From Microcystaceae cyanobacterium (GTDB taxonomy: Bacteria; Cyanobacteriota; Cyanobacteriia; Cyanobacteriales; Microcystaceae), in contig JBGTGT010000101.1 in the NCBI GenBank assembly GCA_041746575.1, positions 32,001 to 96,000 on the forward strand: a stretch of 64,000 bases of DNA, in the 5' to 3' direction. Every line of letters begins with the position of its first letter. Within the stretch, counting starts at the first letter, position 1. Shown here in pieces: positions 42,753-52,812 of this stretch. The notes under the pieces are model-generated. The model did not search any database. It had not been told where the DNA came from and worked only from the letters and a program-made list of their open reading frames with translations. Both the position numbers and the translations under genes were made by a program.

Positions 42753-43673
42753 ATGCCAACCCCATCCTTGATTGACACCCCCTCTCCTGCTGGACAATAT
42801 TGGACATGGCGCGGTCATCGGGTTTATTATGCCAAAGCAGGGGAAAATCAGAACAATTATCCGCCTCTCTTATTAATTCATGGATTTGGTGCATCTACCG
42901 ACCATTGGCGCAAAAATATTGCTCAATTGCAAGAAAACTTTCAGGTTTGGGCGCTCGATCTCTTAGGTTTTGGGCGATCAGCTAAACCTAATTTACAATA
43001 TAGTGGTCATCTTTGGCGAGATCAATTAAACGACTTTATCAAGGAAATCATCGGTCAACCTGCTGTTTTAGCGGGGAATTCCTTAGGAGGATATGCAAGT
43101 CTTTGTGTAGCGGCACAATGCCCCGACTCTGTTTGTGGATTGATTCTTATTAATAGTGCTGGACCTTTCACCGAAGCGACACCGCCGCCTCAACCCTCGC
43201 AGATACAACGTTTGATCAAATCTCTTTTGTTACAATCTTGGGCGAGTTATCTTCTCTTTCAATATGTGCGCCGCCCTGCCATGATTCGCAAAACCTTAAA
43301 AAAAGTTTACTTTGATCAAAGTGCGATCACCGAACAACTCATTCAAGAAATTTATCGTCCTTCCTGTGATCAAGGTGCCGTACAAGTTTTTGCCTCTGTT
43401 TTTCGTTCTCCTCAAGGAGAAAAAGTAGATATTTTGTTACAACAACTTAAGTGTCCTTTATTGATGTTGTGGGGCGAAAAAGATCCTTGGATAAATGCAA
43501 GAGAAAGAGGGGCAAAATTCCGGCAATATTATGTAAATCTAACTGAATATTACCTAAATGCAGGTCATTGTCCCCATGATGAAGTTCCTGAGCAGATTAA
43601 CGAACTAATCCGTCACTGGGTACAACATAAATGTTATTCAGGTTCAGTAGATCAAGAAACTCAAAAACATTAA
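42753..43673 (+). CDS. Alpha/beta hydrolase
   Basis: HGFGAS, GNSLGG, WGEKDPW, GHCPHDE. Confidence 0.9.
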   Translation: MPTPSLIDTPSPAGQYWTWRGHRVYYAKAGENQNNYPPLLLIHGFGASTDHWRKNIAQLQENFQVWALDLLGFGRSAKPNLQYSGHLWRDQLNDFIKEIIGQPAVLAGNSLGGYASLCVAAQCPDSVCGLILINSAGPFTEATPPPQPSQIQRLIKSLLLQSWASYLLFQYVRRPAMIRKTLKKVYFDQSAITEQLIQEIYRPSCDQGAVQVFASVFRSPQGEKVDILLQQLKCPLLMLWGEKDPWINARERGAKFRQYYVNLTEYYLNAGHCPHDEVPEQINELIRHWVQHKCYSGSVDQETQKH

Positions 43674-43734
43674 ATATCTGCCTGAATTAAGACAACTTAA
43701 TGATTATTTTACATAAATTTTTTTAAATAAAATA

Positions 43735-43859
43735 TCAGTGAACCCACGGGCAAAAAAATGATTACTTAGGAGCAATAGATTAAGGATCCTTCTTTGCTCA
43801 ACAAGCTAAATCACGGATATGTTTTCTAGAGAAAATTGTGATTTCAGTTATTTCACGGA
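43735..43859. promoter_or_regulatory. Three related semi-palindromic boxes (TCAGT-N5-CACGG)
   Basis: TCAGTGAACCCACGG (43735), CAAGCTAAATCACGG (43802), TCAGTTATTTCACGGA (43844). Confidence 0.45.
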
Positions 43860-44015
43860 TCTCTTAACTCAGTACCAGCGTTATGTTAAACATAATAATG
43901 ATCAGCACCTTTATAGACTTAATATCTGGAATTAGGCTTGATCTTTTCTGCTTATTCCTCAATAAAATAGCAGGGTTTTTCCCATAATTAACCGTCGAAA
44001 TTGCAGGAGACAAAA

Positions 44016-46829
44016 ATGGAAACTCAACTTCAAATTACTATCAATAATGACGATGATTTTAGGAGCATTTTAGATTTAAATTTAATGCCTACCGCCCTAA
44101 CAAATGATCCTATCTCATTATGGGGTATTAATAAAATCAATGCCCCTGAAGTATGGAATAAAATCACGAATCTAACGACGGTTGTTGTGGGAGTTTTAGA
44201 TACGGGAGTAGATTATCGTCACGAAGATTTAATACAAAATATGTGGACGAATTCCCAAGAAATTGCTGGCAATGGAATTGATGATGATAATAATGGTTAT
44301 ATTGATGATTTTTATGGTTATGATTTTTATAAATCAAATGATAGCGATCCCAGGGACGGTAATTCTCATGGTACTCATGTTGCTGGGATAATTGCAGCAG
44401 TAGGTAATAATAATCTTGGCGTTGTTGGTGTTAATCCCAATGCTCAAATTATGGCTTTAAAATTTTTTAGTGATAGCGGCGACAATGGAAGCTACTATGA
44501 TGCCGCTGAAGGCATTTATTACGCTGTCAAATTAAAACAACAATACGATCTAGATCATCGAACAGGTGCTAATATTCGAGTGATTAATGCCAGTTTTGGA
44601 GGAACCGGTGGGGATAGCTCATTTAATAATGCGATTAAAGCGGCTGAAAATGCGGGCATTTTGATTGTAGCGGCAGCCGGTAATAATAGTCGCGATACCG
44701 ATATTAATCCTTTTTATCCCGCCAGTGCTAACTATAGTAATGTGATTGCTGTAGGAGCGAGTAATAATAATGATAGGCGGGCAAGTTTTAGTAATTATGG
44801 GGAAACATCCGTTGATGTTTTTGCCCCCGGACAGAGCATCATTAGCACACTACCCAAGAATAAATATGGAACAAAAAGCGGCACTTCAATGGCGGCTCCC
44901 CATGTCGCAGGTATTGCGTCTTTACTATTTAGTATTAATAATAATTTAACCCCAGAACAAGTCAAAGAAGCCTTAATTTCTTCTTCCGTTTACATTAGCA
45001 AATTAAATAATCTTTCCGTATCTGATGGTGTTGTTAATGCAAATGCTGCTGTTCAGTATGTCATTGATCATTTTGGGGTTTCTAATACGAATAATATCCC
45101 TGTTACAGGTGATGATTACTATACAATTGATCAGAATTCTTATCTCAGTATTAATACTATTAACGGGGTTTTAGCGAACGATTACGATTTAGACAATAAC
45201 CCGCTAACTGTTTCCTTAGTTAATGACGTTAGCCAGGGGATATTAAAGCTTAATAGTGACGGCTCATTTGACTATACTCCCAATAGCAATATTTTGGGTA
45301 CAGATAGCTTCATATATCGTGTTAATGATGGTCAAGGGGGAACAAAAACGGGTCTTGTCACCCTAACTACTGCGCCGCTTAATCATGCACCTATCGCTAA
45401 TAATGATAATTATACTCTCTCAGAAGATCAAACCCTTATTATTAGTGTTGAAAATGGAGTTCTCAATAATGATAGTGATGTTGATGGTGATTCCTTAACG
45501 GTTTTCTTAGTCAATAATGTCACAAAAGGAACTTTAGTTCTGAGCAATAATGGTTCATTCAATTACACACCTAACGCCGATATTAATGGGATAGATAGCT
45601 TTACCTATCAAGCCAGTGATGGTAGGGGCAACTTTAGAAATGCCACTGTTACCCTAAACATTAATCCCATTAACGACGCACCCATTTTGGTACAACCGAT
45701 TAATGATGTAATGGCAAGCGTTGGCACAACTTTCAATTATGAAATTCCCATTAACACCTTTACTGATATTGACGGAGATAACTTAACCTATACAGCAAGA
45801 CTGGGCAATGGCGATAATTTACCAAATTGGTTGAGCTTTGATGCTTCTAGTCGTACGTTTAGCGGAAATATTCCTAATAATAGCCCCAAAAGTCTCGATA
45901 TTAAAGTGACTGCCAGTGATGGAAACTTGTCTGCCACCGATCAATTTACCTTGAATGTTAAGCTATCCACCCCGCCCCCCGTCATCGGAGAATTTGGCCG
46001 ACTGAATCTTTCTTCTAATAATCAAAGCGTTCAATTACAAGGGAATTATATTAACCCTGTTGTGTTTGTTTTAACCCCTTCCTTCAATGAGTCTGATTCC
46101 GTCGCTCCTCGCTTAACAAATATATCTAGTAATCAATTTACTGTTTCTTTAAAAGAAACAACGGGATTTTTAAAAAATAATAATTTTAATTCTAACCACG
46201 CCACAGAAAACGTAAGCTATCTTGTGTTAGAAACAGGTAACTATATTTTAGCTAGTGGAGCGCAATTAAAAGTCGGAGAAATTAAAGCTAATGGTAATAT
46301 TTTAAAAGCATCTAAAAATAGTAATTGGAGTGATATTAAGTTTTCTGATTCATTTGAGGCAAATCCAGTCGTTCTGAGCCAAATTCAAACCAATAACGAA
46401 GCCGGTTATCTAGTAACCCGTCAACGGAATATTACGCCGACAGGGGTACAAATTGGACTACAAAAAGAGGAATTACTCAATGAAACGATTCCTTCCTCTG
46501 AAACCATTGGCTATCTAGCGATTTCTCAAGGGGATGGATATTGGGGCAATAATCCTTATCTAGCCCAAAATACAACCAATGCCGCTAATAGTAACTGGTT
46601 GACAGAGAAGTTTACTGGTTTTAGTCAAACCCCAGAACTTTTTGCTTCCTTATCAACCTTTAATGGTCCCGATACCGTCAATCTTCGCTATACTCATCTT
46701 GGCAATAGTAGTGTTCAATTTTTAGCACAAGAAGAACAAAGTTTAGGAAGTGAGCTAAGTCATGCGAATGAAGGACTTAACTATCTTTTACTGCAAGGAA
46801 GCGGTGTTCTAACAGGATTAGCTGTATAA
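44016..46829 (+). CDS. S8 serine protease with cadherin/Ig-like repeats and a beta-rich C-terminal region
   Basis: LDTG, HGTHVAG, GTSMAAP; two GVLxND...GSFxYTP...DSFxY repeats; LPNWLSFD Ig domain; RBS AGGAG before ATG 44016. Confidence 0.9.
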   Translation: METQLQITINNDDDFRSILDLNLMPTALTNDPISLWGINKINAPEVWNKITNLTTVVVGVLDTGVDYRHEDLIQNMWTNSQEIAGNGIDDDNNGYIDDFYGYDFYKSNDSDPRDGNSHGTHVAGIIAAVGNNNLGVVGVNPNAQIMALKFFSDSGDNGSYYDAAEGIYYAVKLKQQYDLDHRTGANIRVINASFGGTGGDSSFNNAIKAAENAGILIVAAAGNNSRDTDINPFYPASANYSNVIAVGASNNNDRRASFSNYGETSVDVFAPGQSIISTLPKNKYGTKSGTSMAAPHVAGIASLLFSINNNLTPEQVKEALISSSVYISKLNNLSVSDGVVNANAAVQYVIDHFGVSNTNNIPVTGDDYYTIDQNSYLSINTINGVLANDYDLDNNPLTVSLVNDVSQGILKLNSDGSFDYTPNSNILGTDSFIYRVNDGQGGTKTGLVTLTTAPLNHAPIANNDNYTLSEDQTLIISVENGVLNNDSDVDGDSLTVFLVNNVTKGTLVLSNNGSFNYTPNADINGIDSFTYQASDGRGNFRNATVTLNINPINDAPILVQPINDVMASVGTTFNYEIPINTFTDIDGDNLTYTARLGNGDNLPNWLSFDASSRTFSGNIPNNSPKSLDIKVTASDGNLSATDQFTLNVKLSTPPPVIGEFGRLNLSSNNQSVQLQGNYINPVVFVLTPSFNESDSVAPRLTNISSNQFTVSLKETTGFLKNNNFNSNHATENVSYLVLETGNYILASGAQLKVGEIKANGNILKASKNSNWSDIKFSDSFEANPVVLSQIQTNNEAGYLVTRQRNITPTGVQIGLQKEELLNETIPSSETIGYLAISQGDGYWGNNPYLAQNTTNAANSNWLTEKFTGFSQTPELFASLSTFNGPDTVNLRYTHLGNSSVQFLAQEEQSLGSELSHANEGLNYLLLQGSGVLTGLAV

Positions 46830-46843
46830 AAACCCATTGATCC

Positions 46844-47896
46844 TTATTTAGCTAAACTATCCTTGATCAATTGCTGAATTTGAGCGGCACTATCCACCAC
46901 AGCTAAGGTTTTTGCCCGATTGGACATCTCCTGTAAACGCTCTGGTGATCGCAATAAATAGAGAACACTTGCACTTAATTGGTCAGCAGTCAAGGTCTCT
47001 TGCGCATAACATTCTGCCGCTCCAGCAGTGACAAAAACCTCAGCATTATAGGTTTGATGATCTTCAGCCGCATACGGATAGGGAATCAGGATTGAAGGCG
47101 TATGAGTGACCGCTAATTCCGTCAAAGTCCCCGCTCCTGAACGACTAATGGCTAAATTTGCCCGTTGAAACAAACCAGCCATATTTTCGTAAAAAGGAAA
47201 AGAAAAATAGTGAGAATGGCTGATGATTTGTGATTCTGGGTCATTTTCTCCTGTTAAATGCACCATATAAGCTCCTTCGTTGAGCCATTCCCTAACCCCT
47301 TGACGAACGAGCCGATTCACGGCGATCGCCCCTTGAGAGCCTCCCACCACGACGATTAAAGGTGCATTCTCAGGAATCGGTAAATCTAAGGGCTGAGGAG
47401 CATAAAATTGAGATCTAACAGGGGTACTCACCCAAATCGTCCGACAATCAGCCAAATACTGGGCTGTTCCCTCAAAGCCTAGGGCAACCGTTTGACACCA
47501 TCGGCCGAAGAGGCGAGTGACCTTGCCCGGAATATAGTTAGATTCGTGTAAAATAACAGGAATTCCTTGCCAACGAGCGGCTAAAATAGCAGGGGCGGCA
47601 ATATAACCACCTGTTGTAAAAATGGCTTTAATTTTCTCTCGTTGTAGTAATTGTTTGACCTTAAAGACTGAAGAAGTCAATCCCGTCGCCACCGTCAGGG
47701 TTTTCCAACTCAAGCTCGTTTGGAAACCTTCCACGTTAACGGTATGTAGCGGATAGCACTGAGGAACAAGAGTTTGTTCTAGACGATTAGGCACACCTAA
47801 CCACTGAATTTCCGTATTTTCTAGTTTTTCTGCGACAGCAAGGGCAGGAAACAGATGTCCTCCCGTACCACTGGCCGCTATCAGTAATCGAACCAT
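46844..47896 (-). CDS. murG: Lipid I N-acetylglucosaminyltransferase
   Basis: SGTGGHLFP, GGY, HESN, GGSQGA, RSGAGT, EDHQTYNA; ATG at 47896. Confidence 0.96.
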   Translation of the reverse strand: MVRLLIAASGTGGHLFPALAVAEKLENTEIQWLGVPNRLEQTLVPQCYPLHTVNVEGFQTSLSWKTLTVATGLTSSVFKVKQLLQREKIKAIFTTGGYIAAPAILAARWQGIPVILHESNYIPGKVTRLFGRWCQTVALGFEGTAQYLADCRTIWVSTPVRSQFYAPQPLDLPIPENAPLIVVVGGSQGAIAVNRLVRQGVREWLNEGAYMVHLTGENDPESQIISHSHYFSFPFYENMAGLFQRANLAISRSGAGTLTELAVTHTPSILIPYPYAAEDHQTYNAEVFVTAGAAECYAQETLTADQLSASVLYLLRSPERLQEMSNRAKTLAVVDSAAQIQQLIKDSLAK

Positions 47897-48111
47897 GTCC
47901 CCTCTTTCCGTCACTTTTCCTAATAATATAGCCGAATTATGACGACGACTGAACACCAAAGGTTGATCGCAGATGAAGGGAAAAAATAACTTAAAATTTG
48001 AGGAATTCCGTTCAAAAAGTTTGAGTTCGTCAAGATAAATTAAATCTTTAATCAGATTAAAGTCCAAAGCAGGAAAAATAAAGGGAAATCACGCCAAATT
48101 TTGGCATATTT

Positions 48112-48549
48112 CTAGGCATTACGATTTTTTTCAGACGCTCCTTGAGGTCTTGATAATCGCGATTGCGTTTTCGTCGGTTGAGAGACGTGAGGGGTTCGTT
48201 TTGGAGCGACGGCTTTCCGGTTTCCGCTTTGAGGAACTTGCGCCACGATAAGAATTGTCCGCTCAATCCGAATAAGATCATTCATTACTAGCAAATGAGG
48301 CTGATTTTCCTCAATAACTTGATCATTCATTTGAATAGCATCAGAAGAAATTAAGACAATGAATTGATACTGATTTTCAATCCGTTTAATTTGCGCTGGA
48401 ATTGATTTTTTTTGCAGATTGCTGAGATAAATGTGGCACGTTTCTTGATTACCAATCAAATATTCCTCTTGTTGGCTCTCTCCCTTATTTAGGGTAATCG
48501 TTTGACAGTCAAGGGGAGAGTATGAATCGAAAAGCTTAAGAATCAACAT
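48112..48549 (-). CDS. FHA-like domain protein (degenerate)
   Basis: YLIGNQETCHIYL...NDLIRI pattern. Confidence 0.55.
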   Translation of the reverse strand: MLILKLFDSYSPLDCQTITLNKGESQQEEYLIGNQETCHIYLSNLQKKSIPAQIKRIENQYQFIVLISSDAIQMNDQVIEENQPHLLVMNDLIRIERTILIVAQVPQSGNRKAVAPKRTPHVSQPTKTQSRLSRPQGASEKNRNA

Positions 48550-48839
48550 AAAGATTTAATCTAAATACGCCAAGATTTCATTCTAAGACTGCCCAAATTC
48601 ACCGATTCATTAACCATCCTAATACTTTAACTTTAATTTCTACCCTCTGATAGGCCGCACCCCATTTCAAATTTTCTAAAATTGAGGAGTTGATTCATCA
48701 CCCTTTACGTCAAAATCTTCAAGAAGTCATAGACTGTCCATTATTTTTAATCACGTTTTTAGGTGTTTCAGGAGAGACACACCATGATTCCTCTTGTTCC
48801 ATCTTGAGCTAAATAAACGATGTTAAAAAGGAGAAAACC

Positions 48840-49385
48840 ATGATGGATACTGAATTTCAGCAAGATCCTGATACCAATCAAGTTCCCTATCCCCATCTAC
48901 CCCCCTTAATTGAAAGTCGAACAACTGAATATCACGGTAGTGGCGTGACCAGTTCGGTTAATATTTTAGGTCATCCTATTCATCCTATTATCGTCATCTT
49001 TCCCGTTGCTTTTCTGAGTAGTGCGGCAGGGACTGACTTAGGGTACTGGCTGACTCGAGATCCCTTTTGGGTGCGGGCTTCAATGTGGCTAATCGGTTTA
49101 GGCGCATTAGCTGGAATTCTGGCAGGATTAGTGGGAATGGTAGATTTTGTTCGGATTCCGCGTGTTCGTCACCGCACCGCCGGATGGGCGCACATGATCG
49201 CCAATATTACAGCACTGGTACTGTCGCTGGTGAACTTTGGTTTACGCTTAAATGAGCCGACAACGGCTATATTGCCGATTGGTTTAACGCTATCGTTAGT
49301 GGTGGCAACCTTGCTCTTAGTAGGGGGATGGTTTGGGGGCGAACTGACGTTTCGTCACAAAATTGGCGTGATTGGTAGGGAATAA
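48840..49385 (+). CDS. DUF2231-like membrane protein
   Basis: GHPIHPIIVIFP, HMIAN, GGWFGGELTFRH. Confidence 0.85.
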   Translation: MMDTEFQQDPDTNQVPYPHLPPLIESRTTEYHGSGVTSSVNILGHPIHPIIVIFPVAFLSSAAGTDLGYWLTRDPFWVRASMWLIGLGALAGILAGLVGMVDFVRIPRVRHRTAGWAHMIANITALVLSLVNFGLRLNEPTTAILPIGLTLSLVVATLLLVGGWFGGELTFRHKIGVIGRE

Positions 49386-49485
49386 CCTGATAAGGGTTAG
49401 TCGCTAATATTTATACTAATAGAGGGGTTAAACAGAAACATTCAAAGATTGATGCTAAGAATGCCCAAACTAACCCCCCAATGCA

Positions 49486-49710
49486 CTAACCTAGCACCTC
49501 AAAAGAGCTAACCTCTAAGACGGGACCGATCATGGCCATCGTCATGATATCATCCCGAATATTGCCTTCTACTTTGACTTTTCCGGTAGAGTGGGTTAAA
49601 TCCGCAGACGGGTTGTGTAATTCGTAGGTCTCTCCGTCATCGCTGACAAAAGACCATGCACCCATGTCCACATCTTGCCACTTTACCTGTCCTGTTAGTT
49701 TTACTTTCAT
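49486..49710 (-). CDS. Small hypothetical protein
   Basis: GAWSFVSDDGETYEL...IRDDIMTMAMIGPVLEV; 4-bp overlap with the upstream protease gene. Confidence 0.75.
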   Translation of the reverse strand: MKVKLTGQVKWQDVDMGAWSFVSDDGETYELHNPSADLTHSTGKVKVEGNIRDDIMTMAMIGPVLEVSSFEVLG

Positions 49711-51476
49711 ACCCGTCTTCTCTCTCCTTTACCGACTAAACAGACTAATCCAATACAGAGTAACCCATTGACTATTAAAAAGACACGCGCCCAAGGCAGA
49801 GAACTCACTCCCCATACAGACGGATGAATCGCTGAATAAACCAGTAAACAGGAGGCAACTCCTAAGGATGTCCCAACAGCAAACCATTTTCCTTGAGGAT
49901 GCCCCAATAATAAGGCCATTAAGCCAAAAGGAATTAACACACTGGCAAAGACAGGATTAAGTAAAGAGGTTCCCTGTAAAGTATTACCCAACTCTGGCAG
50001 AGAACTACCCATCATCCGAAAGGGCCACTGAGGAAGATCGAAAATATATAATCCTTTCAGGAAAAATAAGCCAGAACTGCCAAAAATCAAACCATTCACC
50101 AAAGACCAGCCCCACTGCATGGGAAAATAATTACGTAAGAACCAAGCAAGTAAGTAAGATCCCAAAACCATGGCAATTTTCGGCACTAAAGAGACAACGC
50201 CGCCATCTATCCAGAAACGGGGGTTTAAATAGCCACTATCCCGTAACCAACGGAAGAAATCGCGGAAGGTAATTTGTCCTTTCACTGCCATCGCCACCGC
50301 TTGTCCAGCATCTAATTGTCCCGATCCAAAATGATTGAAGGGATCTTCGGCAATTTTACGAGAAGATTGCTTTAGAATTTGGGTAATCTCTTCTGGATCG
50401 CTGATTCCTGCCCCTTTAACCAGTGCCGCAACGCCTGCTACATGAGGAGCCGCCATACTCGTTCCCTTTAACCCCTTAAATACCGCATTGCCCGTCGTTG
50501 CATCGATGGTTTCTTGCAAAATTAACCCTTGATCACTGCCACCAGGAGCCGAAATATCAACCCCTGCGCCAAAATTGGAATAAGGAGCTTTTAAACCCGA
50601 TGAATCTAAGGCAGAAACGCTGATAACGTTGGGATAGCGAGCAGGATAGGCCGCCGCATTTTGATTGGCATTGCCTGCCGCCGCAATAATGACGACTCCT
50701 TTTTGATGAGCATAATTAATCGCCTCCTTCATCACTTGATTTTCGCCCCCACCTCCTAAACTCATATTGATGATATCTGCTCCATTATCCGCCGCAAAAC
50801 GAATAGATTCGGCAATATCTGCTACATCGCCGCCCCCTGTCGCCGAAAGCACCTTCAGGGGCATAATTTTCGCCTCGTAAGCAACCCCTGCAACCCCATA
50901 ATTGTTATTCGTAGATTCGGCAATTGTTCCCGCCACATGAGTACCATGACCATTATCATCAGAGGCATCGGTGCGATCATTAACAAAATCGTAGCCGTCG
51001 ACAAATTCGGTTTGTTGTAAGTCAGTCACCCGACTCACCCCAGTATCAATGACAGCGACGGTTATCCCTTCCCCTTTCGATTCTTCCCACGCTTTTTCGA
51101 CGTTAATGCTACGGAAGTTCCATTGTTTAGGATAATCAGGATCATTAGGGGCTTCTAGGGTGTGATAAATGTAATTGGGTTCAATATTATTCAGGTACTT
51201 TCTTAAAGAAGATTTTTTGAGAGATTTTAGCAGATTTTTATCTCCCTCTACGGTGTAAAGCCGTTGGTCGGCAGAAAAGATACTATTTAAGGAAGCTTTC
51301 GCTTGATAGGTTTGTTCAATATTTTGCAGTTGTTCATTAAGAACAGAAACGGGTATATCTTCCCGAAAATCGAGAATAAGCGACTGGTATTCTCCTTTAT
51401 TCGCTAATCCTTTGAAATGTGCTAAGGCAAACCAGAGACCGACAACAAATAAACCGAGTAATAATAATTTTTTCAT
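49707..51476 (-). CDS. S8 serine protease with C-terminal membrane domain
   Basis: VIDTG, HGTHVAG, GTSMAAP, multiple C-terminal TMs. Confidence 0.92.
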   Translation of the reverse strand: MKKLLLLGLFVVGLWFALAHFKGLANKGEYQSLILDFREDIPVSVLNEQLQNIEQTYQAKASLNSIFSADQRLYTVEGDKNLLKSLKKSSLRKYLNNIEPNYIYHTLEAPNDPDYPKQWNFRSINVEKAWEESKGEGITVAVIDTGVSRVTDLQQTEFVDGYDFVNDRTDASDDNGHGTHVAGTIAESTNNNYGVAGVAYEAKIMPLKVLSATGGGDVADIAESIRFAADNGADIINMSLGGGGENQVMKEAINYAHQKGVVIIAAAGNANQNAAAYPARYPNVISVSALDSSGLKAPYSNFGAGVDISAPGGSDQGLILQETIDATTGNAVFKGLKGTSMAAPHVAGVAALVKGAGISDPEEITQILKQSSRKIAEDPFNHFGSGQLDAGQAVAMAVKGQITFRDFFRWLRDSGYLNPRFWIDGGVVSLVPKIAMVLGSYLLAWFLRNYFPMQWGWSLVNGLIFGSSGLFFLKGLYIFDLPQWPFRMMGSSLPELGNTLQGTSLLNPVFASVLIPFGLMALLLGHPQGKWFAVGTSLGVASCLLVYSAIHPSVWGVSSLPWARVFLIVNGLLCIGLVCLVGKGERRRV

Positions 51477-51602
51477 CGACATTAACCCCAATTATGCTGG
51501 GTGTGAGTGGCTGAATCCATCTTACTTTATAGATTTCAGTTTGGTCGTCAATATTTACTGGATTGTTATACCCAACTTGACTAATGATCAAATAGTCTTT
51601 AA

Positions 51603-52151
51603 TCAACCCAATAAAAACTGACAGATATAAACCGCACTAAAAATGCCAAAGACATCGGCAATTAACCCTGCAATCAAAGCATAACGAATCTTTTTAATGC
51701 CAACTGAACCAAAATACACCGCCAAGACATAAAAAGTGGTTTCTGTCGAACCGTACATGGTTGCGCCAATTTTAGAAATGAGGGAATCCGTACCATGTTC
51801 TTTAACCAAATCTGCCAATAAGCCAAAAGATCCCCCCCCTGAAAGCGGACGCATTAACGCCAGTAAGATATTCTCTGGTGGAAAGTGAATTAAGCTTAAA
51901 ATCGGTGAAAGTATGCCAATCAGAATATCTAGCATCCCCGAAGCGCGAAACATGCCGATCGCTACCAACATGGCCACCAAAAAAGGGATAATACGAATGG
52001 CGATGGTAAACCCTTCTGTTGCTCCTTCAACAAAGACTTCATAGACTTTGACTCGTTTAACCACTAAACCGTAGAAGGGAATGCCACATAAGAGGAGAGG
52101 GATGATATATTTCGCACCTGTATTGAAAACGTCTGCAATAGATTCAATCAT
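51603..52151 (-). CDS. spmB: SpmB-like membrane protein
   Basis: YEVFVEGA, MRPLSGGGS, GSTETTFYVLAVYFGSV. Confidence 0.88.
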   Translation of the reverse strand: MIESIADVFNTGAKYIIPLLLCGIPFYGLVVKRVKVYEVFVEGATEGFTIAIRIIPFLVAMLVAIGMFRASGMLDILIGILSPILSLIHFPPENILLALMRPLSGGGSFGLLADLVKEHGTDSLISKIGATMYGSTETTFYVLAVYFGSVGIKKIRYALIAGLIADVFGIFSAVYICQFLLG

Positions 52152-52749
52152 TGAGCAAATTTTCCTCAGTTTTAAGCTCAAAACGCTTCATTTTAGCCAA
52201 GAGTTTTGCCGCAATAATGCCAGCGATCGTGGAGCAAGTTGTCGCTAAAATAGTAGAAAGAAAAATCTGACTGGAGGCTGTCCCCATCAAGCCGACCACA
52301 GTAGCAGGTAGAATTAACTGGACACTGGAGGTATTAATAACCAAAAACATACACATCGCATCGGTTGCTGTGTCTTCTGTTGGGTTTAATTCTTGTAACT
52401 CCTGCATTGCCTTTAAACCTAACGGTGTCGCCGCATTCCCTAACCCCAAAACATTAGCCGACATATTGAGGATAATTGAACCCATAGCAGGATGGTCGGG
52501 AGGCACATCAGGAAAGAGTTTGAGGGTGAGCGGACGAACAGCTTGAGCAATTAGGTTAATTAAGCCCGATTCTTCGGCAATTTTCAAAATTCCCAGCCAC
52601 AGTGCCATAATACCAATCAGTCCGATCGCTAATTCAACGGCGGTTTCTGCGCTACTGATAGCCGCCTCTGTCACAGCATCAATTTTTCCGGTCACGATTC
52701 CGGCAATAACCGAGAGTAAAATAATGGCAAACCAAATATAATTAAGCAT
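52144..52749 (-). CDS. spmA: SpmA-like membrane protein
   Basis: MLNYIW, ANVLGLGNAATPLGLKAMQELQ, INTSS. Confidence 0.88.
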   Translation of the reverse strand: MLNYIWFAIILLSVIAGIVTGKIDAVTEAAISSAETAVELAIGLIGIMALWLGILKIAEESGLINLIAQAVRPLTLKLFPDVPPDHPAMGSIILNMSANVLGLGNAATPLGLKAMQELQELNPTEDTATDAMCMFLVINTSSVQLILPATVVGLMGTASSQIFLSTILATTCSTIAGIIAAKLLAKMKRFELKTEENLLND

Positions 52750-52812
52750 TTCCTTCACGATGAATTGATGAGGATTGACGCTGAATTTTCGAGTTTTGTT
52801 TCAGAATGAGCA

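Noticed and set aside
47897..48067. 57-aa N-terminal extension of MurG in the ORF track
   Set aside because: Homology starts at MVRLLIAASGTGG, which has a purine-rich RBS; similar over-extensions affect petA, msrB, psbI and cbiD
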